Shown one piece after another: positions 1-8,229 of a DNA stretch of 38,006 bases. Both the position numbers and the translations under genes were made by a program. Origin of the DNA: Anaerohalosphaeraceae bacterium (lineage in GTDB: Bacteria; Planctomycetota; Phycisphaerae; Sedimentisphaerales; Anaerohalosphaeraceae); NCBI GenBank assembly GCA_963675525.2, contig CAXXSL010000004.1, positions 1-38,006 of the forward strand, given 5' to 3'. A model generated the notes under the pieces. The model worked only from the letters and a program-made list of their open reading frames with translations. It was not told the origin of the DNA and ran no database searches. Positions within the stretch are counted from its first letter, which is position 1; the number at the start of each line of letters is the position of its first letter.

Positions 1-170
1 GTCAGTGCCTTTTCGACGCGAGTCCAGAGCTGCTTTCTTTTTTTATCCGTTTCGGCCAGGTACAGTTCGGTCACAATTTCCTGTAACTTTGTCAACTGGA
101 TGGTGTCCATGTGCTGATAGTAGTTCGAAATAATCTTCTGCTGGTGCGATGAATAATCACGCTGTGCCAC
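1..170 (-). CDS. Small hypothetical protein, 3'-truncated by the window edge
   Basis: Manual translation from GTG at 170: VAQRDYSSHQQKIISNYYQHMDTIQLTKLQEIVTELYLAETDKKRKQLWTRVEKAL, open to the edge. Strong AAGGAG SD 8 nt upstream. Not in the ORF track. Confidence 0.75.
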   Translation of the reverse strand, partial: MAQRDYSSHQQKIISNYYQHMDTIQLTKLQEIVTELYLAETDKKRKQLWTRVEKAL

Positions 171-285
171 CGATGTTTCTCCTTATTAGGGATTCCATTT
201 TCCTAAAAATACCGCCATTTGGGCTGGTCTTTCCTGAATCCCTTTTATATCCTTGATTTAATGCAAAATCTTGCTTAAATTTGGA

Positions 286-313
286 TTGAAACCTGTTTTT
301 TTTATGGTATAGT
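286..313 (+). promoter_or_regulatory. Sigma70-type promoter for the DUF1015 operon
   Basis: TTGAAA (286-291), 16 nt, TATAGT (308-313), with an extended -10 TG at 305-306. Confidence 0.55.
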
Positions 314-400
314 ACGGTGTCGATTGTACCAAAATGTCACTTTGTTGTGAAACCGAGAACAATAAATCTATTTTATATTCCTTTTTTGGTATCTTAACTT

Positions 401-1774
401 ATGGAAATTAAAGCATTTAAAGCGTATCGTTTCAACCCGGAAATAGTCGGCGACGCCGGAAGCTGTGTTGCCCCGCCGTATGATGTGATTGATGCGGCCC
501 AGCAAAAGGCCCTTCATGAGCAAAATCCGTATAATATTGTCCGGGCCATTAAGGGGAAAAAATCCGCCGACGAAACCAACAACAACAATGTGTATACCCG
601 CGCGGCCGAGTATCTGAATAAAGCCATCAAAGACGGAGCTTTGGTTCAGGATGCCGGCGACGCGATTTACGTCTATGTTCAGGACTTTGAAATTTCCGGC
701 AAGCCATACGAACGGTCCGGCGTCATCGCACTTGGCGGACTGACACCGTTTGGCGAAGGCGTTCAGCCGCATGAAAAAACACTGGAAGGTCCGAAAGCCG
801 ACCGGCTGAATTTGACACGCGCGACAGCCTGTCAATTGGGGCAGATCTTTATGCTGTACGATGACCCGGCCAACGTGGACCGTAAAATCGTTGCCGAAGC
901 GCTAAAGAAAGAGGCCGTCATTGACATGACCGACGAACAGGGTGCTCGCCATCGTTTGTTCGTCATCGACGAGCCGAATTTAATCAACGACTTTGCCGGG
1001 ATGATGGCGGACAAACAAACGGTCATCGCGGACGGCCACCATCGTTATGAAACGGCGCTGAACTACTGGGCCGAAACACAGAACGAACAGGCCGCTTACC
1101 AGATGATGACATTTGTGAATATGCGCAACGAAGGTCTTGTCATTCAGCCGACACACCGGCTTCTGATAAATATGCCCGATTTTGATGTTCGTGCCCTGCT
1201 GGATAAACTCAAAGCGGAGTTTGAGATCACAACGTTTGCTTTTGGCAACGATACAGAAAAACAGCAGGCTAAATCGAGTATGTTTAAAAAGATGCAGCAG
1301 GCCGGAACTGAGAACCGAAATGTGTTTGGGCTTTATGCGGCTGACAAGGCGTTCTATACAATCCTGCTGACCAAACCGCAGGCCATGGCCGCATTGTGTC
1401 CGGAGATGAGCGCCGCGGCGTTAACGCTGGATGTGAACGTGCTGCACAAGCTGATCCTTGAAAAACATCTCGGCATATGTGACGTCAAACTGGCCAGCGA
1501 AAGCCATCTGGTCTATATTAAGGACTTAGGCGACGCCATTGACCTGTCCATTGAAAAAGTCGACCACGGCGACAGCGAAGGCGTCTTCTTCGTCAATTCC
1601 ACCCGTATTGAGCAAGTGCAGGCGATTGCCGCGGCCGGTGAAAAGATGCCGCAGAAGTCCACATTTTTCTACCCGAAAATTTTCTCCGGGCTGACCGTCC
1701 GGAAGCTGGATATTGAACCCATACAACCACAATTAACAAACAATAACTTTATTGGACAGGAGTGCTCAAAATGA
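401..1774 (+). CDS. DUF1015 family protein
   Basis: Motifs APPYDVI, PHEKT, IADGHHRYETA, PTHR and C-terminal MPQKSTFFYPK, all typical of DUF1015. Confidence 0.9.
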   Translation: MEIKAFKAYRFNPEIVGDAGSCVAPPYDVIDAAQQKALHEQNPYNIVRAIKGKKSADETNNNNVYTRAAEYLNKAIKDGALVQDAGDAIYVYVQDFEISGKPYERSGVIALGGLTPFGEGVQPHEKTLEGPKADRLNLTRATACQLGQIFMLYDDPANVDRKIVAEALKKEAVIDMTDEQGARHRLFVIDEPNLINDFAGMMADKQTVIADGHHRYETALNYWAETQNEQAAYQMMTFVNMRNEGLVIQPTHRLLINMPDFDVRALLDKLKAEFEITTFAFGNDTEKQQAKSSMFKKMQQAGTENRNVFGLYAADKAFYTILLTKPQAMAALCPEMSAAALTLDVNVLHKLILEKHLGICDVKLASESHLVYIKDLGDAIDLSIEKVDHGDSEGVFFVNSTRIEQVQAIAAAGEKMPQKSTFFYPKIFSGLTVRKLDIEPIQPQLTNNNFIGQECSK

Positions 1775-2862
1775 CAGACTGGAAAAACCCGCCGAAATTA
1801 TTCATCCCGGGTCCGGTATATGTATTGCCGGAGGTTCTGGAGCAGTTGGCGCGTCCAACACTGGGGCATCGTTTGAAAGAATACACCCAGTTGCATGGCG
1901 AAGTAGCCGGAATGCTCAAGAAAATTCTTTACACCGATCAGCATATATTCCTCAGTACCTCATCAGCTTCCGGCATGTGGGAAGGCTGTATCCGCAACTG
2001 CGTCCAGAAAGACGAAACGGTCCTGTGCTGCATGTGCGGTGCGTTCAGCGACAAGTTTGCCTCCGTGGCGAAGGCTTGCGGCCGTCAGGTTGAAGAATTC
2101 AAGATCGAATGGGGTCAGGCCTTTACCGCTGAGATGATCGACGCCAAGATGGCGACGGGCAAGTATCCCATCCTGACACTGGTTTACAACGAAACCAGTA
2201 CCGGCCTGGCCAACCCGGTCTATGAGATCAGCAAAATGATGAAGGAGAAATATCCGGACGTACTGGTCTTTGTCGATGTGGTTAGTGGTGTTGTTGGGCT
2301 GCCGCTGCATTTTGACGAGCTGGGCTGGGACGTGGCATTTGCCTCGGTTCAGAAGGCCTTTGCGATTCCCCCGGGATTTGCCGTTGCCGCCGTGAGCAAC
2401 CGTGCGGTTGAAAAGAGCGCTAATGTGCCGGAACGCGGCTACTACTTCGACTTCCAGCAGTTCGTCAAAACCGAAGCGAAGGACCAGACGCCAACCACCC
2501 CATCTGTTCCGCATATCATGGCGCTGCATTACAAGTGCAACATGCTGCTGAAAGAAGGCATGGAAAACGTCTGGAAACGGCATAAAGAAATGGGCGACTA
2601 TGTTCGCGGTTGGGGCAAAGAACAGGGCTTCGAAGTGTTCCCGCAGGCCGGTTATGAATCCAATACCCTGACGGCTTTCAAGAATACGCGAAAGATCGAC
2701 ATTGGCGCCGTCAACAAGGCTCTGCAGGAAAAGCACAATACCGTTTTCGGCAACGGTTACGGGAAACTGAAAAACGAGACCTTCCGCATCGCGCACATGG
2801 GCGACATGACCATGGACGATATGAAAGAACTGCTCGGCTGGATCGAAGAAGAGATTAATTAG
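1771..2862 (+). CDS. PLP-dependent class V aminotransferase (serine-pyruvate/alanine-glyoxylate/phosphoserine aminotransferase type)
   Basis: LFIPGP, YNETSTG, DVVS, SVQKAFAIPPG (PLP lysine), FRIAHMG. ATG at 1771 with AGGAG SD overlaps the upstream stop (ATGA). Confidence 0.9.
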   Translation: MTDWKNPPKLFIPGPVYVLPEVLEQLARPTLGHRLKEYTQLHGEVAGMLKKILYTDQHIFLSTSSASGMWEGCIRNCVQKDETVLCCMCGAFSDKFASVAKACGRQVEEFKIEWGQAFTAEMIDAKMATGKYPILTLVYNETSTGLANPVYEISKMMKEKYPDVLVFVDVVSGVVGLPLHFDELGWDVAFASVQKAFAIPPGFAVAAVSNRAVEKSANVPERGYYFDFQQFVKTEAKDQTPTTPSVPHIMALHYKCNMLLKEGMENVWKRHKEMGDYVRGWGKEQGFEVFPQAGYESNTLTAFKNTRKIDIGAVNKALQEKHNTVFGNGYGKLKNETFRIAHMGDMTMDDMKELLGWIEEEIN

Positions 2863-3024
2863 TTCAGCGTGCTTTTTTTAATCAACATTTTTAACACCAT
2901 TATCTGAGAGCCCACTTTTTTAGCTCAGCACTTTGACTTGTCAAAGTCATATCAGAATGCCATTCATCCCATCGTAAACTCTTTCCATGATGAAAAGTCA
3001 GACTAACAACTAACTTCACCATGA

Positions 3025-3050
3025 TCATTCCCGCGAAGGCGGGAATCCAG
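3025..3050 (+). repeat. REP-like palindrome of the (G)TCATTCCCGC...GCGGGAATCC type
   Basis: TCATTCCCGCGAAGGCGGGAATCCAG. A near-identical inverted copy lies at 35206-35231. Confidence 0.8.
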
Positions 3051-3062
3051 AGACAATAACAC

Positions 3063-3110
3063 AGGCTTCGCGGCCATTTCCTTTTTTGAAACATCCCGCG
3101 GGCCTTTTTT
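3063..3110 (+). terminator. Possible intrinsic terminator with a large loop
   Basis: AGGCTTCGCGG ... CCGCGGGCCT followed by a T-run. Related to the hairpin at 8048-8079. Confidence 0.45.
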
Positions 3111-3430
3111 CAATAGAGCGTATAGACATATCAAACAGCTTTTGTCAAAACAGCCTAAATTGCCCTTTGTACTTATGGGTTTTCCAGGATTATATAGACA
3201 AAATGACTCACCAGAATTGTTGCCTGTACTATAAAGAATATGCTCCTGATTTTGCTCCATTGAAATTGTTACGCAAACAATGATTCTGCTTGCCTGATTT
3301 ATTCCAGGTATCATTCGCTTTTTACACACTAAAGTGTGAACTCTCACATCAGAACTTACAAGGCTCGCGGCAACCCGCGAGGTAGCCTGCCAAACAACCT
3401 AAATTGCCCTTTAATTTTAACAAAATGATG

Positions 3431-3459
3431 TTGCCTGTACAGAATATGATTGTTACAAT
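3431..3459 (+). promoter_or_regulatory. Sigma70-type promoter of the sulfurtransferase operon
   Basis: TTGCCT (3431-3436), 17 nt, TACAAT (3454-3459), with an extended -10 TG at 3451-3452. Confidence 0.6.
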
Positions 3460-3538
3460 GAACTTCCAAAGGTATTATTCATTCAACGGCAACAGGGTAG
3501 CCTTAAATTTTCTTTCAAAAAAGCAGGAGAATTGAACT

Positions 3539-5533
3539 ATGAAATCTAACACATTCCCACTTATCCTTTTCTTTATTCTCACAATAGTCTATCCAAAGGG
3601 TCTTTATGCGGCGACCCTCAAAGACACTGAATCAGCAACGCACGGCGATAGTGCCGCGTCTTATCAGATCGTAGATACTTATGAATTTGACGGTTTCAAG
3701 TTGATTCAAATCAACCTGCCGGTTTTATCCCACTATTCCTATGTAATCGCCAGTGACGGCAAGGCGATGGTTGTCGATCCGGGGCGTGACATCGATTTTT
3801 ATCTGGGTTTGATAAAAACACAATCGCTTTCCGTTGTCGGGATATTCTTGACGCATAGCCATGCCGATTTTGTTGCCGGGCATATGGAGATGGTGAACGC
3901 CTTGAACTGTCCGATTTATCAGAGCGGTAAAAGCAAGGCCGCTTACAAAATCCATACAATTGAAGATGGAACGGAACTTCAGGTCGGTCAGGCAAAGGTG
4001 CTATTTATCGATACACCGGGCCATGTTGTCGATGGCACCAGCGCACTGGTTTTCAGTCCCGGCAAAACCACTCCCGAACTCATCCTGACAGGAGACTATC
4101 TGTTTGTCGGCGGCGTGGGACGTCCGGACCTGGTCGAGGGAACGACGTCTTCGGCACTGGCGGGACTGTTGTTTGATACCTGGGTTAATACCGTCTCAAA
4201 ACTGCCGGACACCGTCCGTGTTTACCCGGCTCATGGTGCAGGTTCGCTTTGCGGGGCCCATCTAAAAGATCAGCCCTTTTCTACGATCGGCGAAGAACGA
4301 ACCTCGAATCCTTATTTGCTGCATACGATTCGTGCCGAATTCATCACAACGGTTCTATCCGACCTCCAGGAACCACCTCAGTATTTCAAACACGATGCGG
4401 CCATGAACCGCACAGGACCGGAGTTGGTTGAGTGGCAGCAACCGTTACACACAGTCAGCCCATCACAGGACCTGACAGATCTCTCGAAATACTACATCGC
4501 CGATATCCGTGATAGCAAAGACTTCGCCGCCGGACATATTCCCAACGCCGTCAATATTGGAGTCCGCGGACGCTTTGAAACATGGGCCGGCATCATGGTG
4601 CCATGGGATTCCGAACTCGTTCTCTGCGGTGACGGTTCGGACTTACAGGAAGCAGTCTATCGACTCCACCGTGTCGGCTATCAAGCGAAGGTTGTATCCT
4701 ACACGGCATGGGAGCAGGCGGGACTACCCCTTCTAAAGAACACCCTTATCGCTCCAAAAGACTTATATGATCAAATACATTCCGAAAAGAGCCCTGTTAT
4801 CGTCGATGTCCGTCTGCCCAGTGAATGGATGGGACTGCGTATCGGAACGGTATTGAACCTGCCCTTGAATCACTTGGCTGAATTATCCGGCAAACTGGAT
4901 ACCACACAACGGGTCGTCGCTGTCTGTAATTCAGCCTATCGGTCCAGTATGGCTATCGGGGTATTGGAGCGTAAAAATTTCAAAAACGTCACAAGTCTTG
5001 CCGGCGGCAGTGAAGCCTGGATCGAAGCGGGCCTTCCGGTCTTCGGAGCAAACAGCCAATCAACGGTCTCTCCGACACCGGCCAGAAAAATGATTCCTCT
5101 GCCGGAACGGATTTCCGCGGCGGAACTTAAACGCTTGATGATGGATTTACCCAGCACTTTCGATTTGGTCGATATCCGCCCGCCTCAAATGTTTGCGGAT
5201 TATTCGTTGCCGGGTGCAAAAAATGTGGATATTGCGGAACTTGTAAATAATCCGGCCTATCTGGTCGGCGCCGGTCCATTGATCATTGTCGATCGCGATG
5301 GTTCACTGGCAATGGCCGCAGGTGGGATTTTGTCACAGAAAACACAGCGTTCGATCAAGGTGCTTTACGGGGGTTTGGAAGCTTACTGGAAAGAATCCAA
5401 CTTTGGCGTCCCGGCCGGAATGAACACACTCAGTCAACCGATTCCGACCTCTCCGATAAACGCTCCTCAAAGCATTCCGGCAAACCCCGCACCTTCAACC
5501 ACAACTCCTAAAAAGAAAAGTGCGGGGTGTTAA
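3539..5533 (+). CDS. MBL-fold persulfide-dioxygenase-like protein fused to three rhodanese domains, with a predicted signal peptide and C-terminal Cys tail
   Basis: THSHADFVAGH, TPGH, TGD, GRPDL, PAHGAGSLCG. Rhodanese motifs DIR..GHIPNA, DVR..CNSAYRS (catalytic Cys) and DIR..SLPGA (Asp instead of Cys). Hydrophobic N-terminus; ends KKKSAGC; AGGAG SD. Confidence 0.9.
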   Translation: MKSNTFPLILFFILTIVYPKGLYAATLKDTESATHGDSAASYQIVDTYEFDGFKLIQINLPVLSHYSYVIASDGKAMVVDPGRDIDFYLGLIKTQSLSVVGIFLTHSHADFVAGHMEMVNALNCPIYQSGKSKAAYKIHTIEDGTELQVGQAKVLFIDTPGHVVDGTSALVFSPGKTTPELILTGDYLFVGGVGRPDLVEGTTSSALAGLLFDTWVNTVSKLPDTVRVYPAHGAGSLCGAHLKDQPFSTIGEERTSNPYLLHTIRAEFITTVLSDLQEPPQYFKHDAAMNRTGPELVEWQQPLHTVSPSQDLTDLSKYYIADIRDSKDFAAGHIPNAVNIGVRGRFETWAGIMVPWDSELVLCGDGSDLQEAVYRLHRVGYQAKVVSYTAWEQAGLPLLKNTLIAPKDLYDQIHSEKSPVIVDVRLPSEWMGLRIGTVLNLPLNHLAELSGKLDTTQRVVAVCNSAYRSSMAIGVLERKNFKNVTSLAGGSEAWIEAGLPVFGANSQSTVSPTPARKMIPLPERISAAELKRLMMDLPSTFDLVDIRPPQMFADYSLPGAKNVDIAELVNNPAYLVGAGPLIIVDRDGSLAMAAGGILSQKTQRSIKVLYGGLEAYWKESNFGVPAGMNTLSQPIPTSPINAPQSIPANPAPSTTTPKKKSAGC

Positions 5534-6057
5534 TGATGGATAAACAACTCAAAAAGAAAACGCTGTTCATGAACCCCTATGTTGCAGGTTTTGGGTTAGG
5601 ATTGACCTTGTTGGCTTCTTTTCTAATCCTCGGGGCCGGGTTGGGAGCCTCTTCGGGAATCGCCCGGATTGCCGCCTGTACCGAACTGTGTATTGCAAAG
5701 GCCCATACGTTATCCAGTGAGTATTTCGGGAAATGGGGCAACTTTCCGCTGCGTTATTACCTTGTATTTATGCTGGCCGGAACATTCATTGGGGCTCTTT
5801 GCTCTTCGCTGATGGCCAATCGAGTCCGGTTTCAAATGGAACGCGGCGGAAAAAGTTCAAAAACATTACGGGCCGCTTTTGCCTTACTGGGAGGCATTCT
5901 GGTCGGCTTTGCCAGCCGTCTGGCTAACGGCTGCACCAGCGGCCAGGCCCTGACCGGAAGTGCTCTGCTGTTAACCGGAAGCTTCATCTTCCTAATCTGT
6001 ATTTTCGCCGGCGGCTATCTCAGTGCACGATTATTCAGGAGGCAGTGGAATGATTGA
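5533..6057 (+). CDS. YeeE/YedE-family sulfur-compound transporter, first half
   Basis: Hydrophobic; NPYVAG and GFASRLANGCTSG motifs; TAATG overlap with the upstream gene. Confidence 0.85.
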   Translation: MMDKQLKKKTLFMNPYVAGFGLGLTLLASFLILGAGLGASSGIARIAACTELCIAKAHTLSSEYFGKWGNFPLRYYLVFMLAGTFIGALCSSLMANRVRFQMERGGKSSKTLRAAFALLGGILVGFASRLANGCTSGQALTGSALLLTGSFIFLICIFAGGYLSARLFRRQWND

Positions 6058-8029
6058 GACAATGTTTCATATCGACACGCTGGATACCTCGGCGGCTTTT
6101 TTGGCCGCTCTGCTGATCGGTCTGGCATTTGGGTTTTTTCTCGAACGCGCAGGATTCAGCTCAAGTAGAAAGCTATCAGGGGTCTTTTATTTCACGGACA
6201 TGACCGTCATCAAAGTCATGTTTACCGCGGTGATGACCGCCCTGCTCGGGCTGACATTTGTCGTTTCATTCGGCTGGATTTCTATGGACCGTATTTATCT
6301 GATGCCAACGGTCTATGGCGCACACATCGTGGGCGGACTGATTTTCGGGGTTGGCTTTGTCATGGGCGGTTGGTGCCCGGGAACCGCCGCGGCCGGGCTG
6401 GCCTGCGGAAAAATCGATGCACTGATCTTTCTGATCGGGGCTGTCATTGGTTCTGCGCTGTTCAATGAAATGTTCGCAATTGTCAAACCGCTATATGAGG
6501 CGGGGCAACAGGGAGTCGTGATGGTTTATGACAGCCTGGGCATGAGCCCAAATGCCTTTATTCTTCTACTGTCTGTTGCAGCGATAGCAATGTTCTGGGG
6601 CTGTGAATGGATTGAGCAGAAAACACAAAATGCCAAAATCCCCGGGAATCGGAGTGTTCTTAACGTCATCACTGTTCTGCTATTGGTCCTTCCGGCTTGC
6701 CTGTTCATAATTCAGGACGGTTCTGCGGGCGGTTCAATACCAGTCGGCAACTCTTCCGAAGCACAATTGCTGGCATCCGTTGAACAGGCCGAGGATCACA
6801 TCGACCCGGAAACGCTGGCCGACCAGTTAGCCAACGGCCGCACCGACCTGATCGTCGTTGATGTTCGTCCTGCTAATGAATTCACTCGCTTCCATATTGC
6901 CGGAGCGATGAATGTATCCCTTAAAGACATCCATACGGCTCTGCTGCCCTACAAAAACAAACCGATGATCGTATTGTATTCAAATGGAATGACGCACCCG
7001 GCTCAGGCCAGGGATTCTCTGTATCGCAGCGGATTCAGAAATGTCTATCTCTTGACCGATGGACTCGATGGATTCATCCGGCAATGCCTGACACCTCTTT
7101 CATTACGCAATGAACCGATGTCAACTGAGATGGCACAAAAAATCATTCAGTGGCGCCAATTCTTCCTGGCTCCGGCGTCGAGCAGTATATCCATCCAAAA
7201 CGAATCTATCCCGCTCGAGAATCCTCTGATAGACCCGCAGTGGCTCCAAGACCATTTAGGACAGAGCGCACTTAAAATAGTGGATCTGCGTCCGCAACCC
7301 GAATACAACACCGCCCATCTTCCCGGCTCGCTGGCCGTTTCGCCTGAAAATCTGCGTACCAATATCAACGGCGTTGGATCCATGCTCCAACCGGCCGACA
7401 TGCTGGCTCGGCATCTGTCGCTCTGGGGCATCCAGCCAACGGATACGGTCATTTTTATCTACGGGGACAAGCCTCATGATGCGACGCTGGCAAGTATGGC
7501 CCTCGAACGTCTGGGCCACCGGCGTTTCGGCATCCTCAACGGCGGCTTTGCCCTCTGGAAAACACAGCAGAAACCGTTAACCACCAACTTGCCGAAGGTC
7601 TCCGAATCGGTCTACCCTGTTTCGCAGCAGGCCGACGACTTTACCGTAGATTACCAAACAATCCTCAAACACATGCAAGATAAAAAAACCATTATCATCG
7701 ATGTCCGTCCGGCAGACTACTACACCGGGGTCAAATCCGATGAGGCTCGAGCCGGCCACATCCCCGGTGCACTCAATCGCCCTTACACCGAAGACCTTGT
7801 TAAAACGGATGAAATCCTGCAGTTTAAACCGATCGAAGAACTTCAAAAGGCCTATGCACAACTCATCCCATCTCTCGAAACTACGGTCATTATCCATTGC
7901 CGAACGGGACATCAGGCCAGCCAGACTTTCTTCGTGCTCAAAGGATTGCTCGGATATAAAAATATTCTCTGGTATGACGCCGGATGGAGTGAATGGGCCG
8001 CCCGGCCTGAATTACCCACAGAAAAATAG
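6050..8029 (+). CDS. YeeE/YedE half-transporter fused to a rhodanese domain and a tandem-domain sulfurtransferase
   Basis: GFFLERAGF and GGWCPGT in the TM part; then DVRP..HIAGA; then an MST/TST-like pair with AGHIPGA, HCRTGHQAS and WYDAGWSEW. ATG at 6050 with AGGAGG SD. Confidence 0.88.
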   Translation: MIETMFHIDTLDTSAAFLAALLIGLAFGFFLERAGFSSSRKLSGVFYFTDMTVIKVMFTAVMTALLGLTFVVSFGWISMDRIYLMPTVYGAHIVGGLIFGVGFVMGGWCPGTAAAGLACGKIDALIFLIGAVIGSALFNEMFAIVKPLYEAGQQGVVMVYDSLGMSPNAFILLLSVAAIAMFWGCEWIEQKTQNAKIPGNRSVLNVITVLLLVLPACLFIIQDGSAGGSIPVGNSSEAQLLASVEQAEDHIDPETLADQLANGRTDLIVVDVRPANEFTRFHIAGAMNVSLKDIHTALLPYKNKPMIVLYSNGMTHPAQARDSLYRSGFRNVYLLTDGLDGFIRQCLTPLSLRNEPMSTEMAQKIIQWRQFFLAPASSSISIQNESIPLENPLIDPQWLQDHLGQSALKIVDLRPQPEYNTAHLPGSLAVSPENLRTNINGVGSMLQPADMLARHLSLWGIQPTDTVIFIYGDKPHDATLASMALERLGHRRFGILNGGFALWKTQQKPLTTNLPKVSESVYPVSQQADDFTVDYQTILKHMQDKKTIIIDVRPADYYTGVKSDEARAGHIPGALNRPYTEDLVKTDEILQFKPIEELQKAYAQLIPSLETTVIIHCRTGHQASQTFFVLKGLLGYKNILWYDAGWSEWAARPELPTEK

Positions 8030-8047
8030 AAGATAGATTGATATGAG

Positions 8048-8079
8048 AAGGCTCGCGGCCAACCCCGCGGGCCTTTTTT
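8048..8079 (+). terminator. Intrinsic terminator of the sulfurtransferase operon
   Basis: Stem AAGGCTCGCGG / CCGCGGGCCTT followed by a T-run, 18 nt after the stop codon. Confidence 0.75.
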
Positions 8080-8148
8080 GTTATTTTGTAGAGCGAAAAT
8101 AACGCCATTCGACATTTAACCCGACCGGTCCAATTATGGAATTATCCC

Positions 8149-8177
8149 TTGAATTTTGTCTACAAAATTGTTATAGT
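8149..8177 (+). promoter_or_regulatory. Sigma70-type promoter of asd with an embedded palindrome
   Basis: TTGAAT, 17 nt, TATAGT with an extended -10 TG. Palindrome AATTTTGT-CT-ACAAAATT at 8152-8169. Confidence 0.6.
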
Positions 8178-8229
8178 GGTCGGCTCGGTCGTGTAACAAG
8201 ATCTGAAACATGTATACAGGAGTCAAGAA

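Noticed and set aside
1963..2796. 277-aa antisense ORF, and similar long shadow ORFs (14984-15814, 35139-36188, 35105-35827)
   Set aside because: They lie opposite or out of frame within well-supported genes and show no recognisable motifs.
3003..3347. 114-aa minus-strand ORF in the intergenic region
   Set aside because: It includes a REP-derived peptide (LDSRLRGND) and has no SD or domain signal.
5521..6057. Selenocysteine or stop-codon readthrough in the sulfur operon
   Set aside because: The first gene ends TGT-TAA, and the TGA of the second overlaps the next gene's start at a natural boundary.
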